This document shows positions 1 to 9,092 of a stretch of DNA of 64,000 bases, piece by piece. The stretch lies in sequence record OR352946.1. One strand, 5' to 3'. Under the pieces are notes generated by a model. It searched no databases, was not told the DNA's origin, and saw only the letters and a program-made list of their open reading frames with translations. Source of the DNA: Escherichia phage AV116. Both the position numbers and the translations under genes were made by a program. Numbering within the stretch: position 1 is the first letter of the stretch; every line of letters begins with the position of its first letter.

Positions 1-266
1 GATTCCCAGTGGATAAAACGGCCAATGAATATATAATTCATTTAAGTGGCCGTCATTTCTCATCTAAATCAGAATTTGCATTTTTGCCTACAAAATCTAA
101 GACTGCCGAACTTTCTTATATGTATAGTTGTCCATACTTTAATTTGGATAACATCTATGCTGGAACTGTGACGATGTATTGGTATAAGGGGAGTAATATA
201 CTTGAGGAAGATCGCTTAGCGGCTATATGCAACCAAGCGATCCGAATACTAGGAAGGGCTAAATAA
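1..266 (+). CDS. t: holin T, C-terminal fragment (gene begins upstream of window)
   Basis: Frame open to window edge; C-terminus ...YMYSCPYFNLDNIYAGT...ILGRAK resembles T4-type holin T; convergent with asiA. Confidence 0.7.
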   Translation, partial: FPVDKTANEYIIHLSGRHFSSKSEFAFLPTKSKTAELSYMYSCPYFNLDNIYAGTVTMYWYKGSNILEEDRLAAICNQAIRILGRAK

Positions 267-539
267 TTAGTTGTTAGAATACATCGCTAAATGACGATAA
301 ATATTTTCAAAACCTTCATTGAATTCACTAATCAGTGTTTTCTTTTCTTCGGCAGTTAAATTTGTAATTAGTTTTCTGAACGAATTCTGATTTAGCTGCC
401 GACCATCTTTTTTAATTCCAATCTCATTCAAGAATCCGATGAAACTTGCTCGGTCTTCAACAATATCTTCCCTAGAGAATTTAATCAAAATAGAAGCAAT
501 AGTAATAATTTCACGTACGATTTCAATGTCTTTATTCAT
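267..539 (-). CDS. asiA: anti-sigma70 factor AsiA
   Basis: 90 aa from internal ATG (MNKDIEIVREIITIASILIKFSREDIV...); length and pattern of T4 AsiA; ORF-track start 584 is an in-frame upstream extension. Confidence 0.8.
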   Translation of the reverse strand: MNKDIEIVREIITIASILIKFSREDIVEDRASFIGFLNEIGIKKDGRQLNQNSFRKLITNLTAEEKKTLISEFNEGFENIYRHLAMYSNN

Positions 540-586
540 AACGTTTTTATTCATTCCACTTAATTGATAGGAGTATAGTACCATTA

Positions 587-802
587 TCAGTGTTGATTGT
601 AAACGGCTTTTTCTACGCTTTTAACGTAATTGGTATAGTCTTCCTGTTCGTACGAGTTTAAGGCTAAGAACAAAGCTAATAGTTCATTATAGACTAAAGC
701 CTCACGCTCACGTTCGGCTTCTACTACGTTCTGAAGATTATGGCTCATATTGTTCCTTATAACTATCAATGTAGTCCTGTATGTCAAAGAATGACATTTC
801 AT
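587..802 (-). CDS. small hypothetical ORF overlapping arn 3-prime end (doubtful)
   Basis: 71-codon ORF in another frame, overlaps arn-like CDS by about 65 nt. Confidence 0.15.
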   Translation of the reverse strand: MKCHSLTYRTTLIVIRNNMSHNLQNVVEAEREREALVYNELLALFLALNSYEQEDYTNYVKSVEKAVYNQH

Positions 803-1040
803 ATTCTAGGACATTAAGAGCCTGTTCTTCAGTGTAGTCAGAACCAAATACGATAGTGATTTCACCGGGTTTAGAATGACTGAAATCAACACTAAACTCA
901 ATTCGAGAACAGACTTCATCTTCCATATCTACGATAACACTACGACACACTTCTCGGTTAACCTGATAAAGCTCTGCAAGTTCTTCACATCGAATAACAA
1001 GTTCAGTGGCAGGATTTTCTTTGATTTTAGTAAGCATAGT
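738..1040 (-). CDS. arn: Arn-like anti-restriction protein (putative)
   Basis: About 100 aa from ATG at 1040 (MLTKIKENPATELVIRCEEL...); position between asiA and motA as in T4. Confidence 0.5.
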   Translation of the reverse strand, partial: TMLTKIKENPATELVIRCEELAELYQVNREVCRSVIVDMEDEVCSRIEFSVDFSHSKPGEITIVFGSDYTEEQALNVLEYEMSFFDIQDYIDSYKEQYEP

Positions 1041-1120
1041 CTTTACCCTTATGTTTTTGTTTGCGTTTAGATTGAAGTTCTGATTTCTTCTTGTCCTTAT
1101 GGACAGAAGCCTTATTGAAA

Positions 1121-1339
1121 TCATGTTTTGCTACAAGATTGTTCATAATGCTTTATAACCTCGTTTAAACATTTATCGGTAAAAGAAAACTTTTTAGCCA
1201 CAGAACATTCGATAATGTGCTCTTTCAAATCTTTAGAGTCGGTATATCCCATCTCAGTAATAAAGTGGCGAATTAAAGCTTTATTCTTATCATTAACAGA
1301 ATTAAAATAATCTGCTTTAGAATCAATTATTCTCATCAT
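1121..1339 (-). CDS. hypothetical early protein
   Basis: 72-aa ORF, co-directional, tightly packed. Confidence 0.45.
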   Translation of the reverse strand: MMRIIDSKADYFNSVNDKNKALIRHFITEMGYTDSKDLKEHIIECSVAKKFSFTDKCLNEVIKHYEQSCSKT

Positions 1340-1604
1340 CTAATTTCCTTAATTGATATTGCAACGAGCTAATAATTTCTTCGTTCATTTTAATATACAT
1401 GTCACGCAAGAAAGGTTTTAACCCATCACGAATAATTGCTAACGTATCACCTTTACATAAATTAACCAAATAAGGATGGTCTAAAGCGTCCCAACCAGGC
1501 TGATTAGCATACATACCATAGTTTTCTTCCATCATATGATTAAGACGTTTGATATCTTGGATACGTGATTCAATAGCATCTTTCTGGAGTTGTTTAATAT
1601 TCAT
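1323..1604 (-). CDS. hypothetical early protein
   Basis: 93-aa ORF, co-directional. Confidence 0.45.
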   Translation of the reverse strand: MNIKQLQKDAIESRIQDIKRLNHMMEENYGMYANQPGWDALDHPYLVNLCKGDTLAIIRDGLKPFLRDMYIKMNEEIISSLQYQLRKLDDENN

Positions 1605-2065
1605 TAATAAAGGTCCTCTGAATAAAGTTCTTTCTCACTTCCACCACGTTCAATACGTACCTGTCCAGCATACGTTGCAATAATCATTGCTTCTTCACGC
1701 GTCCAGTAATTAGAGTATTGGTCAATAAAGCCTTGGTCGTCACCACAAACTTGTTGCGAGACTAATTGAGGACCAACTATATCAAGTACTTCAGCCATAT
1801 CTTTAGAGTAATGACGAACTCCAGGAATAACTAGAGTTCCACCACTCTTCAATTTAAACCTATTAGCCGCACATACTATAACACGTTGAACTTTTTGGTC
1901 ATTATTCCAATAGCACGTTTGCCAACAGATTTCAGGAACTTCATTCATTATATCATCAGCAGAATAATTATAACCGTAGGACTGGAATTTTTCTGCTAGA
2001 CTTTCAGGAGTCTCACGAGACAAGGCCAAATCTAATAGCTCTAAACGTTCTTTAAATGATTTCAT
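1604..2065 (-). CDS. hypothetical early protein
   Basis: 153-aa ORF; 1-nt overlap with downstream ORF. Confidence 0.5.
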   Translation of the reverse strand: MKSFKERLELLDLALSRETPESLAEKFQSYGYNYSADDIMNEVPEICWQTCYWNNDQKVQRVIVCAANRFKLKSGGTLVIPGVRHYSKDMAEVLDIVGPQLVSQQVCGDDQGFIDQYSNYWTREEAMIIATYAGQVRIERGGSEKELYSEDLY

Positions 2066-2391
2066 TTAAACCATTCCTTAATACGTTGCCAAATAGATTT
2101 TTGTGCTTGTTTATTTACACCAATCGAACGAATAATCGGTTGTGACTGCTGATATTCTTTATAATCTTCTTTATAGATTTCGTAAGCGGCATCAACAAAT
2201 GAACTGATCGCTGCCATGTAGTTTTTACGAAGGCCAAATGGAGCGTCATTATTTTCACGAATAACCGTATATTGGCCTGCTTTAATCTTTACAATTGTCC
2301 CTAAATAAGCCCCGTGGTACCAAATATCCCATCCTTCCTGAGTAGGTTCTGCACATTTACGAAGTTCGTTAATAATATTCAGCTTATTCAT
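2062..2391 (-). CDS. hypothetical early protein
   Basis: 109-aa ORF; ATGA overlap with upstream gene. Confidence 0.5.
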   Translation of the reverse strand: MNKLNIINELRKCAEPTQEGWDIWYHGAYLGTIVKIKAGQYTVIRENNDAPFGLRKNYMAAISSFVDAAYEIYKEDYKEYQQSQPIIRSIGVNKQAQKSIWQRIKEWFK

Positions 2392-2401
2392 TATGTATTC
2401 C

Positions 2402-3034
2402 TCACAGTACGTTAGTTACAAGGGTAATGATTTCTTTGGACACATTAGGGAAGTCAATGTAAGTATATTTACCACCGATCTTAATCTTAACATCATTTTC
2501 AAGAGAAGTAAACAGCTTTGATTCAGTTTCTGACATGTTGTATGCAAAGATTCTAAGAGAACCATCTCGACGAATTTCGATCTGACGAATACCTAGAACT
2601 CGTTTTGCAAATCGAACTTCCAAGTTACTACGGTTTTCACCGATTTCTTTAACTTCAACTTTATCTTTAATATTTTCAAAAACAAAGTTTGCTAGTTCAT
2701 GCATTTCAGGAGTAACTCCACGTGCTTTTCTGGTGTTACGTTTCTGAAGAAGTTCTGGAGCATTTTCTTGAGCAAATAGGTCTGCAGCTTTTTGGATAAT
2801 ATCCATTGCTTCGCCTGTTGCTATAAGTCCATCACCAGATTTTTCGACTAAACCTTTCTTAATCAATACACCAATGTTAGAGTTAACAACCGATGCATTG
2901 TATTCTGCTTCCAGAGCTTCACGGACATTGGCAGCAGTGGTGAAGTTGTTCTTAATGATATAAACCATTATTGCAGCAGTTTTTTCATTCAGAGCGTTTT
3001 CAGAAGCTTTGATGATGTAAGTAACTTTAGACAT
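2402..3034 (-). CDS. motA: middle-transcription activator MotA
   Basis: 210 aa; MSKVTYIIKAS...NSNIGVLIKKGLVEKSGDGLI... matches T4 MotA pattern and length; adjacent to gene 52. Confidence 0.8.
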   Translation of the reverse strand: MSKVTYIIKASENALNEKTAAIMVYIIKNNFTTAANVREALEAEYNASVVNSNIGVLIKKGLVEKSGDGLIATGEAMDIIQKAADLFAQENAPELLQKRNTRKARGVTPEMHELANFVFENIKDKVEVKEIGENRSNLEVRFAKRVLGIRQIEIRRDGSLRIFAYNMSETESKLFTSLENDVKIKIGGKYTYIDFPNVSKEIITLVTNVL

Positions 3035-3073
3035 TTTATTTCTCCAATTTGGTTGTTTTGTTTTGATAGGTCT

Positions 3074-3102
3074 ATAATATCATGTTTGAAGCATATGTAA
3101 AC
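3074..3102 (-). promoter_or_regulatory. early sigma70-type promoter (GTTTAC-N17-TATTAT) upstream of motA
   Basis: Minus strand reads GTTTACatatgcttcaaacatgaTATTATagacctatca; leader carries GGAGAA RBS before motA ATG. Confidence 0.55.
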
Positions 3103-3123
3103 TGTTTTGTGAGAAAAATGCAC

Positions 3124-3144
3124 AAAAGGGAGCCGAAGCTCCCT
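3124..3144 (-). terminator. rho-independent terminator (GC-rich hairpin with UUCG loop then T-run) downstream of gene 52
   Basis: Plus aaaagggagcCGAAgctccct; on minus the hairpin is followed by TTTT. Confidence 0.5.
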
Positions 3145-3219
3145 AATCATGTTTGTCCAACCAATACAGCCAAATCACTAGTGCAGCTATTGCGCCGAGA
3201 AATCCTAAGGCTATGGCAC

Positions 3220-4545
3220 TCAAAGTGCCTCCAAGTCTTTAGTGTACTCTGTCACAACATCAGTAGACTTCCAATACTCATTTTCTTCTTTCTTAGCTTT
3301 AGCTTCTTCTGCTAGTTTACGTGCTTCATCGGAAGTGATATGGAAGATGTTAAGACCTACCAGTTTATCGACATGTTCTTTATACATTTCGATTTGTGCG
3401 AGCTCTTCAGTCAAAGCTTTACGAGTCTTGCCCTGAATCACAATTTCGCCGTTGATAACTTTTTTGATGAAGTGTGCCTTAGCAAAAGCCAGTTTAAATG
3501 CTTTTTCAGATTCAAGGATTTTGTTGTCAATACGTTTCTGAACGTAAGTCTTACGGACTTCAACAAAATCTTTGATTAAGTCCACTACGTTATCGTAGAC
3601 AGCTAATTTACCCTTTTCATTAATCACTGTGATGTTTTGTGAACGACGTTCGATGAGACTAAAATCTTTCATGATTTTTTCATGACGTAGCTCTTCATCA
3701 TCAGGAAGCGAGTACTCTTTACGGAACTTCACCTTAAACCCAAAGCCGTGTTCACCGCAATCATCTTCCCATGAGATTAGACCTTTGTCTTCCAACGGGT
3801 CAAGAACCTTACTCACATACGTTTCACGGTCGAATTTATATGGGATTTCAGTTATCTGCATTTGAGTGCGAGATGTGAACTTATATGTTCCGTGAATCTC
3901 ATAGCGCCCATCAACTTCATGTACTTCACCACGGAATTCCGGGAATTCAACTTTTGGCTTAGTGACATTTTTACCTTGAAGAGCTTGTAATACAGCCTTT
4001 TTGACTGATTTAAAACTATGAGGCAGAATATTTGTTGCGTAACCGGTTGCAATACCAGAGACGCCATTCAAAAGAACTGTCGGAATAATAGGAAGATAGA
4101 ATTTTGGTGGAATGTGTTCTTTATCTTCATGAGCTGGAGCATATTCAGTATCTTTATATACGTTATAGAAATTTTTACTTACACGAGCAAAAATATAACG
4201 AGATGCTGCAGCTTTTTGGACTGTTCTAGAACCAAAGTTGCCTTGGCCATCTAACAGTGGATAGTTGTTGTTCCATGTGTTAGCCATTAATGCACCTGCA
4301 TCTTGTGCAGAAGATTCACCATGGTGATAACCTAAATCTGCAACACCGCCTGCAATTGACGCAAGTTTATGAAATTTTTCTTTATTACCACGAGCCAAAT
4401 CTAACGCACGATGAACCACAAAACGTTGAACCGGCTTAAATCCATCAATCATGTTTGGGATTGCACGGTTTTCAACGGTGTACATAGCATATGCTAAGGC
4501 TTCGTTATCAATAATACTTTTTAGATTACGAGAATTCAATTGCAT
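3220..4545 (-). CDS. 52: DNA topoisomerase II medium subunit (gp52, GyrA-like)
   Basis: 441 aa; MQLNSRNLKSIIDNEALAYAMYTVENRAIPNMIDGFKPVQRFV... typical of T4 gp52. Confidence 0.9.
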   Translation of the reverse strand: MQLNSRNLKSIIDNEALAYAMYTVENRAIPNMIDGFKPVQRFVVHRALDLARGNKEKFHKLASIAGGVADLGYHHGESSAQDAGALMANTWNNNYPLLDGQGNFGSRTVQKAAASRYIFARVSKNFYNVYKDTEYAPAHEDKEHIPPKFYLPIIPTVLLNGVSGIATGYATNILPHSFKSVKKAVLQALQGKNVTKPKVEFPEFRGEVHEVDGRYEIHGTYKFTSRTQMQITEIPYKFDRETYVSKVLDPLEDKGLISWEDDCGEHGFGFKVKFRKEYSLPDDEELRHEKIMKDFSLIERRSQNITVINEKGKLAVYDNVVDLIKDFVEVRKTYVQKRIDNKILESEKAFKLAFAKAHFIKKVINGEIVIQGKTRKALTEELAQIEMYKEHVDKLVGLNIFHITSDEARKLAEEAKAKKEENEYWKSTDVVTEYTKDLEAL

Positions 4546-4549
4546 ATTT

Positions 4550-4690
4550 TCACCATATTAATGAACGAATAACCATTATAACATCTGAAATGAAAAGCAC
4601 TACTTTGATTAGTCCAAACATCACACCGTAGTACAGAACCGTAAGCAACAACAAGAGCCCTAAGGCTCCTGCTAAGATTTTCTTAATCAT
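4550..4690 (-). CDS. small hydrophobic protein (46 aa), not in ORF track
   Basis: ATG at 4690 overlapping upstream stop (TAATG); MIKKILAGALGLLLLLTVLYYGVMFGLIKVVLF...; fills 52-ndd gap where T4 has ac/stp. Confidence 0.35.
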   Translation of the reverse strand: MIKKILAGALGLLLLLTVLYYGVMFGLIKVVLFISDVIMVIRSLIW

Positions 4691-4836
4691 TACTCGCCTT
4701 TTAATACGTTAAGAAGAGCTAAGACCGCTAAGGTACCTTGTGATACGGCCTGTTGAAATACTGTTGTTTCGCCTGTAACTAAAGTGTTAACGAATAAAAA
4801 CGACCAACACAACAATGCAATAATCCATGCTACCAT
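4690..4836 (-). CDS. small hydrophobic protein (48 aa), not in ORF track
   Basis: ATG at 4836; MVAWIIALLCWSFLFVNTLVTGETTVFQQAVSQG...; translationally coupled to next ORF. Confidence 0.35.
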   Translation of the reverse strand: MVAWIIALLCWSFLFVNTLVTGETTVFQQAVSQGTLAVLALLNVLKGE

Positions 4837-4888
4837 TTTAATTACCTCAAAAATAAATTAAAGGCCCAACTTAATAGGCCTGTATAAA

Positions 4889-5335
4889 TTAGTAACTCTG
4901 CAGAATGAATTTGAAATTATCTGCCAGAAGACGGTTCATTTCAGTGAGTGTTTGATATTCTGATGTATGGTTGCGAGTGAATGCCAGAGCCAATTGTCCT
5001 TTACCATAACCAGTAGTCAGTGGTTTCATGTTCTTAGCTGCAACAAAGATTACATCATATTCAATATTGTTAGTGCCCATGGTACGGGCTAGTTGTGAAC
5101 GGCCTTGACGAATGTGAGAAAGAATTGCATCCAACCCTTGTTTAGAACGTTGACGTCCTACAAAGAATCGTGCTGCTACTTGTCGCCAATCAGATGAACC
5201 TTTAACAAAGAAGTAAAAACCTTCACGAGAACGAAACTCTTTAGAAACTTCAGAACCGTATTCACCATTACGAACTACTGCAACAACTTCACCGCCAACG
5301 GCCAGAAGGTCTTTACGAGTTAAATATTTGGACAT
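4889..5335 (-). CDS. ndd: nucleoid disruption protein Ndd
   Basis: 148 aa; ...[25 protein letters not shown]...[21 protein letters not shown]...LADNFKF matches T4 Ndd pattern. Confidence 0.65.
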   Translation of the reverse strand: MSKYLTRKDLLAVGGEVVAVVRNGEYGSEVSKEFRSREGFYFFVKGSSDWRQVAARFFVGRQRSKQGLDAILSHIRQGRSQLARTMGTNNIEYDVIFVAAKNMKPLTTGYGKGQLALAFTRNHTSEYQTLTEMNRLLADNFKFILQSY

Positions 5336-5379
5336 GCTAATTTCCTCAATTGATTAATGTTTTTGTAATCCATGAGAGC

Positions 5380-5408
5380 ATTATACTCTGCTCTCAAGAG
5401 TTTGTACA
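5380..5408 (-). promoter_or_regulatory. early promoter upstream of ndd (copy 1 of exact 35-bp duplicate)
   Basis: Minus TGTACAaactcttgagagcagagTATAAT; identical 35 bp recur near 49717. Confidence 0.45.
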
Positions 5409-5411
5409 ATT

Positions 5412-5612
5412 TTATTCGGTTATATCAGAACGTTCAAAAAGCTCTTCAACAGTTAAACATTCAGTGTCATCTTCAATAAAGAATCGAGTCCAACACGTTG
5501 GGGCGATGCAGTTGTGAGTTTGTCCGGCTATAGAAGCTACACGAATAAGTTGCTGACCATTATTCAGGACAAATTTTTCACCAATTTCAACATCTTTAAA
5601 AAGCTTAGCCAT
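5412..5612 (-). CDS. hypothetical early protein
   Basis: 66-aa ORF with upstream promoter motif. Confidence 0.4.
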   Translation of the reverse strand: MAKLFKDVEIGEKFVLNNGQQLIRVASIAGQTHNCIAPTCWTRFFIEDDTECLTVEELFERSDITE

Positions 5613-5640
5613 TTTGTGTTCCTCATGTTTCAGTAGGACT

Positions 5641-5670
5641 ACTATACCATAATCCTACCGTGATGTAAAC
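5641..5670 (-). promoter_or_regulatory. early promoter (GTTTAC ... TATAGT)
   Basis: Plus gtaggactactataccataatcctaccgtgatgtaaac; -10 flanked by inverted repeat. Confidence 0.4.
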
Positions 5671-5862
5671 AATTAAATTACATTAAAATATGTTAAAGCC
5701 AACCATGTTCCAGTGAACGAACATGCAATGTAAAAACCAGTATCACAAATTGTTCTTAGTACAATAAGAAGTGCATTTTTCATAAGTACCTCAATGCAAT
5801 TGAAAATATTATACAAATCATAGGGATACTAAGCAACCATATTCCGATCCACATTTTAGAGC

Positions 5863-6126
5863 TCATATCTCAACTTCCGCGAGTTCCATATATCCTTTGT
5901 TGATAACCTCTTTAAGGTCTTTAGAAAGAATAACACCAAAATGGTCGTTCATATGTCCATTAACTAAACGAGTTATTTCGGCTTCAGATGACATATAAGG
6001 CACGTCTGAGTCCCAATGAGATAGTCCCAAATGGGTATAAATCATCCCTTCGTCATCTGCAGTGTTGTACATTGAAACAAATTCGCCTGTTACTTTATGT
6101 TTTGCGTAGAAAAATTTAAATTTCAT
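5863..6126 (-). CDS. hypothetical early protein
   Basis: 87-aa ORF with upstream promoter and RBS. Confidence 0.45.
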   Translation of the reverse strand: MKFKFFYAKHKVTGEFVSMYNTADDEGMIYTHLGLSHWDSDVPYMSSEAEITRLVNGHMNDHFGVILSKDLKEVINKGYMELAEVEI

Positions 6127-6152
6127 GATGTTATCCTCTTTTAGATAGGACT

Positions 6153-6182
6153 ACTATATCATAGTCCTACTTAGTTGTAAAC
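6153..6182 (-). promoter_or_regulatory. early promoter (GTTTAC-N18-TATAGT) inside 10-bp inverted repeat
   Basis: Plus gtaggactatgatatagtagtcctac...ttgtaaac. Confidence 0.45.
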
Positions 6183-6194
6183 ACTTTTATGAAA

Positions 6195-6876
6195 TTAAAG
6201 ATGAAGATACCACCCGTTGTAGTTGCTCTTGCGGACGATTTTCTTTAGGTCTTCATGGTCTCCCACGAACTTTATAGAATAAGAGAAGACGTCAGGTGAG
6301 GTTTCTTTGACATCTAATATAATAATGCAATCTGCGACTCGATGGTTCAAGAAGGGCCCTATATTGATTCCATTACCACCAGGATAATCACCACTGTATC
6401 CTGTGGTAACCGAAATCCATTTAGAATCTATCTGGTGCGTCTTGACTTCGACACGCAACCCGCAGTATTTAGGATGAGCTAACACGTCCCATGCATACGT
6501 GTACGGGTCTTCTACGTCTTCATTACCTTTATTAACATATCCGTCTAGCCAATTTGCTACTACATACTCTGCAAAGACTGCAACCTTACAACGTCGAACA
6601 ACGTCTTCTTTTATTTGACCTGGATCTTGTTTCAACGAGTACCGAGCAGTGTCAGCAATCTTCACCTTCATTTCACTAGTCAAAAACTCATTCGACAGGA
6701 TAAATGTCGGAAGATTCTTCAGCCTCAACAGCCCCAAGTTCGTCTTTACCATAGATACCTCTGATGTGTAGTTCGCCAAAATAAATGCGGTCACCTTCTT
6801 CAAGATATTCTGCATCTACAGGCGGAATTTCATTAACAACTTCGTCGCATTCTAACCAGCCGTAGTGTGCATCGCG
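6195..6876 (-). pseudogene. rIIB: rIIB-like remnant: no start codon, internal frameshift
   Basis: Protein-like open stretch without start (6691..6876, ...EYLEEGDRIYFGELHIRGIYGKDELGAVEAEE) continues after a frame change into the 206-codon ORF 6195..6815 (...DPYTYAWDVLAHPKY...); the part of that ORF before the shift has G-rich third positions. Confidence 0.35.
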
Positions 6877-7642
6877 TCATCATCCATGTTTGTTCTTTAA
6901 TAACACTTCCGATTGGATATACAATACCACCATAAACAGCCATGATATTACCACGTTCACCCCATGGAGCTTCCTTGGCCAAATATACATCGTCAAATTC
7001 TGGGAAGTATTTAATATCTTTAACACCACGAACTTCTGCAATATCACCTAGAGGACGCATAACATAAGCAATTTCGGATGCGAACTTTTCAAAATCTTCT
7101 GGGTTAACAGGCACAACTACTTCAACGCCGGTCCGGTCATCAGGACCCATCTTATCTACGAAGGTTGGCTTAATCTGTGGACCCGTGTCATCTTGGTAGA
7201 TTACGTAACCACGAACTTCACCGTTGTGATAAGACGTAAGGTTAAACGTATCGGTATATGCTAATGGAGCTTTAGAGCCGAGTCCGAATCCACCAATGAA
7301 ATCGTTACTCGATGTTTTAGTTGAAGCAAAATATGAGTTATAGATTCCTGGCTCTTCGTCATTACCTCGAATGGTGAAATCACTCATACCAGGACCAAAG
7401 TCTCGAACTACAAAACGTGGGTCTAAACGACCTGGAGCCTGAACAATAAACTTATCAGTGCAACCATTAAGAATTTGTCCATCGATACAGTTTGTGATTA
7501 ATTCACGTACACAAGCCAATTCTTTGTTTGTATAAAGGTCATTAGACAAAATCTTATAAACTTTGCTATTGCCTTGAATAGTAAATGCTGTGCTCTTACC
7601 GCCTGAACCAATAATCGTTTCTTTAGCCGTTTCGATAATCAT
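6833..7642 (-). CDS. rIIA: rIIA-like protein, truncated to the N-terminal GHKL-type ATPase domain
   Basis: 269 codons; Bergerat motifs [27 protein letters not shown]; sense ends about codon 261 (KEQTW) then non-coding-like tail; T4 rIIA is about 725 aa. Confidence 0.65.
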   Translation of the reverse strand: MIIETAKETIIGSGGKSTAFTIQGNSKVYKILSNDLYTNKELACVRELITNCIDGQILNGCTDKFIVQAPGRLDPRFVVRDFGPGMSDFTIRGNDEEPGIYNSYFASTKTSSNDFIGGFGLGSKAPLAYTDTFNLTSYHNGEVRGYVIYQDDTGPQIKPTFVDKMGPDDRTGVEVVVPVNPEDFEKFASEIAYVMRPLGDIAEVRGVKDIKYFPEFDDVYLAKEAPWGERGNIMAVYGGIVYPIGSVIKEQTWMMTRCTLRLVRMRRSC

Positions 7643-7654
7643 GTTTTTCTCTCA

Positions 7655-7855
7655 TCACAAGTTACGTTTAAAAATTTCTGCCACTTCGAGAAGTTCTTCT
7701 TTAGTAGCTGTGTCGGTTTGTATTTTATATCGAATTTCCTTAAAGCGTTCTTTAAAGGCTTCAGCTGATTCGATATCAAAAAATCTTTGGATAAGCCGGA
7801 ATTCCCGGAGCACTGCTTTATCAAAAAGTTCCAAGTCCACGTTATATGTTCTCAT
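7655..7855 (-). CDS. small protein (rIIA.1-like position)
   Basis: 66 aa from ATG at 7855 with GAAGAGAA RBS; ORF-track start 7885 reads through the inverted repeat. Confidence 0.4.
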   Translation of the reverse strand: MRTYNVDLELFDKAVLREFRLIQRFFDIESAEAFKERFKEIRYKIQTDTATKEELLEVAEIFKRNL

Positions 7856-7875
7856 AATATTCTCTTCAGTAGATT

Positions 7876-7936
7876 CCTGAGGCACTATTACTAAAGACCA
7901 TATAATCTATCATCTTATGTGTAATAGTGCCTCAGG
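7876..7936. repeat. perfect 16-bp inverted repeat with 29-nt loop
   Basis: cctgaggcactattac ... gtaatagtgcctcagg; intergenic between glycosyltransferase stop and small gene RBS; no T-run. Confidence 0.7.
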
Positions 7937-7947
7937 CGATTCAGGAT

Positions 7948-9048
7948 TTACGCTGTGAAGATTTTATCCCACATCGCAACAACTGCATCTCGATTATACT
8001 TCTTCCATACTGCTTCAGCACGTTTAACTCGAGCTTCGTATGTGTCAGTGAATTCTAATACAGCTTTTGTGTAAAGCGCAACTACTTCTTTCTTAGGAGT
8101 AGAGGAATCAATTTCTACACGCACAGTATCTGGGTCGTATTCGAATGTCGCATGAGGATAATCCTTAAAAACTAACTGGATTACAGGGACACCTTTAGAG
8201 ATGGCTTCAATAGAACTATTCTCTACCGTACCTGTGTCAGGACACGTATTAATAAGTGCTTTAGCTGTTTTAAGACGTTCCATGATTTCACTATGTGGAG
8301 CATCAATAATAACAGGATACTTAGCCGGTGGTGCCCATTTACTAGGACAGTATCCTGCACCATTTTCGCCTAGTGCTTTAATCGCTTCAAGAGCAACATC
8401 AGTGCGACGCATTTTAGTGTCATAACGTTGGGCACTAATAATCAAATCAGTTGCTGGGAGAACTTCTGGCTTTTCGGTCAAACAAATAACCGGGTAGTCA
8501 TCATGTTCAAATAATGGATTTTCACGCCAGTAATCATAATCAATGCTATCAGTAAGAGCTGAAGTCATATGGCAATATTTACGTTCAAATTCACGGAATG
8601 CTTTAGTAGGAGCATAGCTCTTACCACCGTATTTGTGGGTAAGAATAGTTTGTTTCCAAATTTCTACAATACCGCGAGATACAGGCTCAAATGGAGTTGC
8701 CATAAAATTTCTATGAACACTGGATAAACCGGCATCTTTAATTGCGTTAACAGTTAGTTTAGTCGGTTCCATAGTAACAACAAAATCGTATTCATGGATG
8801 CCGGCTAGTTCAACAATCTTACGAGCCATAGTATAACTCATACCTAGACTGAATTTAGTCAGATGACCAACAGGATGATGATTAACTTTCCAGTCACCAA
8901 ACGTGTCATTATCAAAGCCGATATAATCAATATCAGCACCGATGGACACAAGATATTTCAACACATTTAAATGTACTGCTTCAAGGCCACCTTGTACACG
9001 GTCAGGATTAAATGGGACTGCACGAGATGGGATAAACATAACTTTCAT
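7948..9048 (-). CDS. GT-B (GT4-like) glycosyltransferase
   Basis: 366 aa; N-terminus MKVMFIPSRAVPFNPDRVQGGLEAVHLNVLKYLVSIGADIDYIG typical of GT4 retaining glycosyltransferases. Confidence 0.55.
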   Translation of the reverse strand: MKVMFIPSRAVPFNPDRVQGGLEAVHLNVLKYLVSIGADIDYIGFDNDTFGDWKVNHHPVGHLTKFSLGMSYTMARKIVELAGIHEYDFVVTMEPTKLTVNAIKDAGLSSVHRNFMATPFEPVSRGIVEIWKQTILTHKYGGKSYAPTKAFREFERKYCHMTSALTDSIDYDYWRENPLFEHDDYPVICLTEKPEVLPATDLIISAQRYDTKMRRTDVALEAIKALGENGAGYCPSKWAPPAKYPVIIDAPHSEIMERLKTAKALINTCPDTGTVENSSIEAISKGVPVIQLVFKDYPHATFEYDPDTVRVEIDSSTPKKEVVALYTKAVLEFTDTYEARVKRAEAVWKKYNRDAVVAMWDKIFTA

Positions 9049-9074
9049 AATTAAGCCTTATTAAAATTAAAATG

Positions 9075-9092
9075 AAGCTCCCGAAGGAGCTT
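9075..9092 (-). terminator. hairpin terminator (UUCG loop) between HNH endonuclease and glycosyltransferase genes
   Basis: Plus aagctccCGAAggagctt; minus followed by cATTTTAATTTT. Confidence 0.4.

Noticed and set aside
3082-3315. Plus-strand 77-aa ORF spanning the motA-52 intergenic region
   Set aside because: Antisense to gene 52 and runs through a promoter and terminator; no RBS; the region is explained by minus-strand features
6691-6815. ATG at 6815 as the genuine start of a 206-aa protein
   Set aside because: Codons before about 6700 in this frame have G-rich third positions and the ATG directly follows a stop; the alternative frame 6691..6876 is more coding-like, so the locus is treated as a frameshifted remnant
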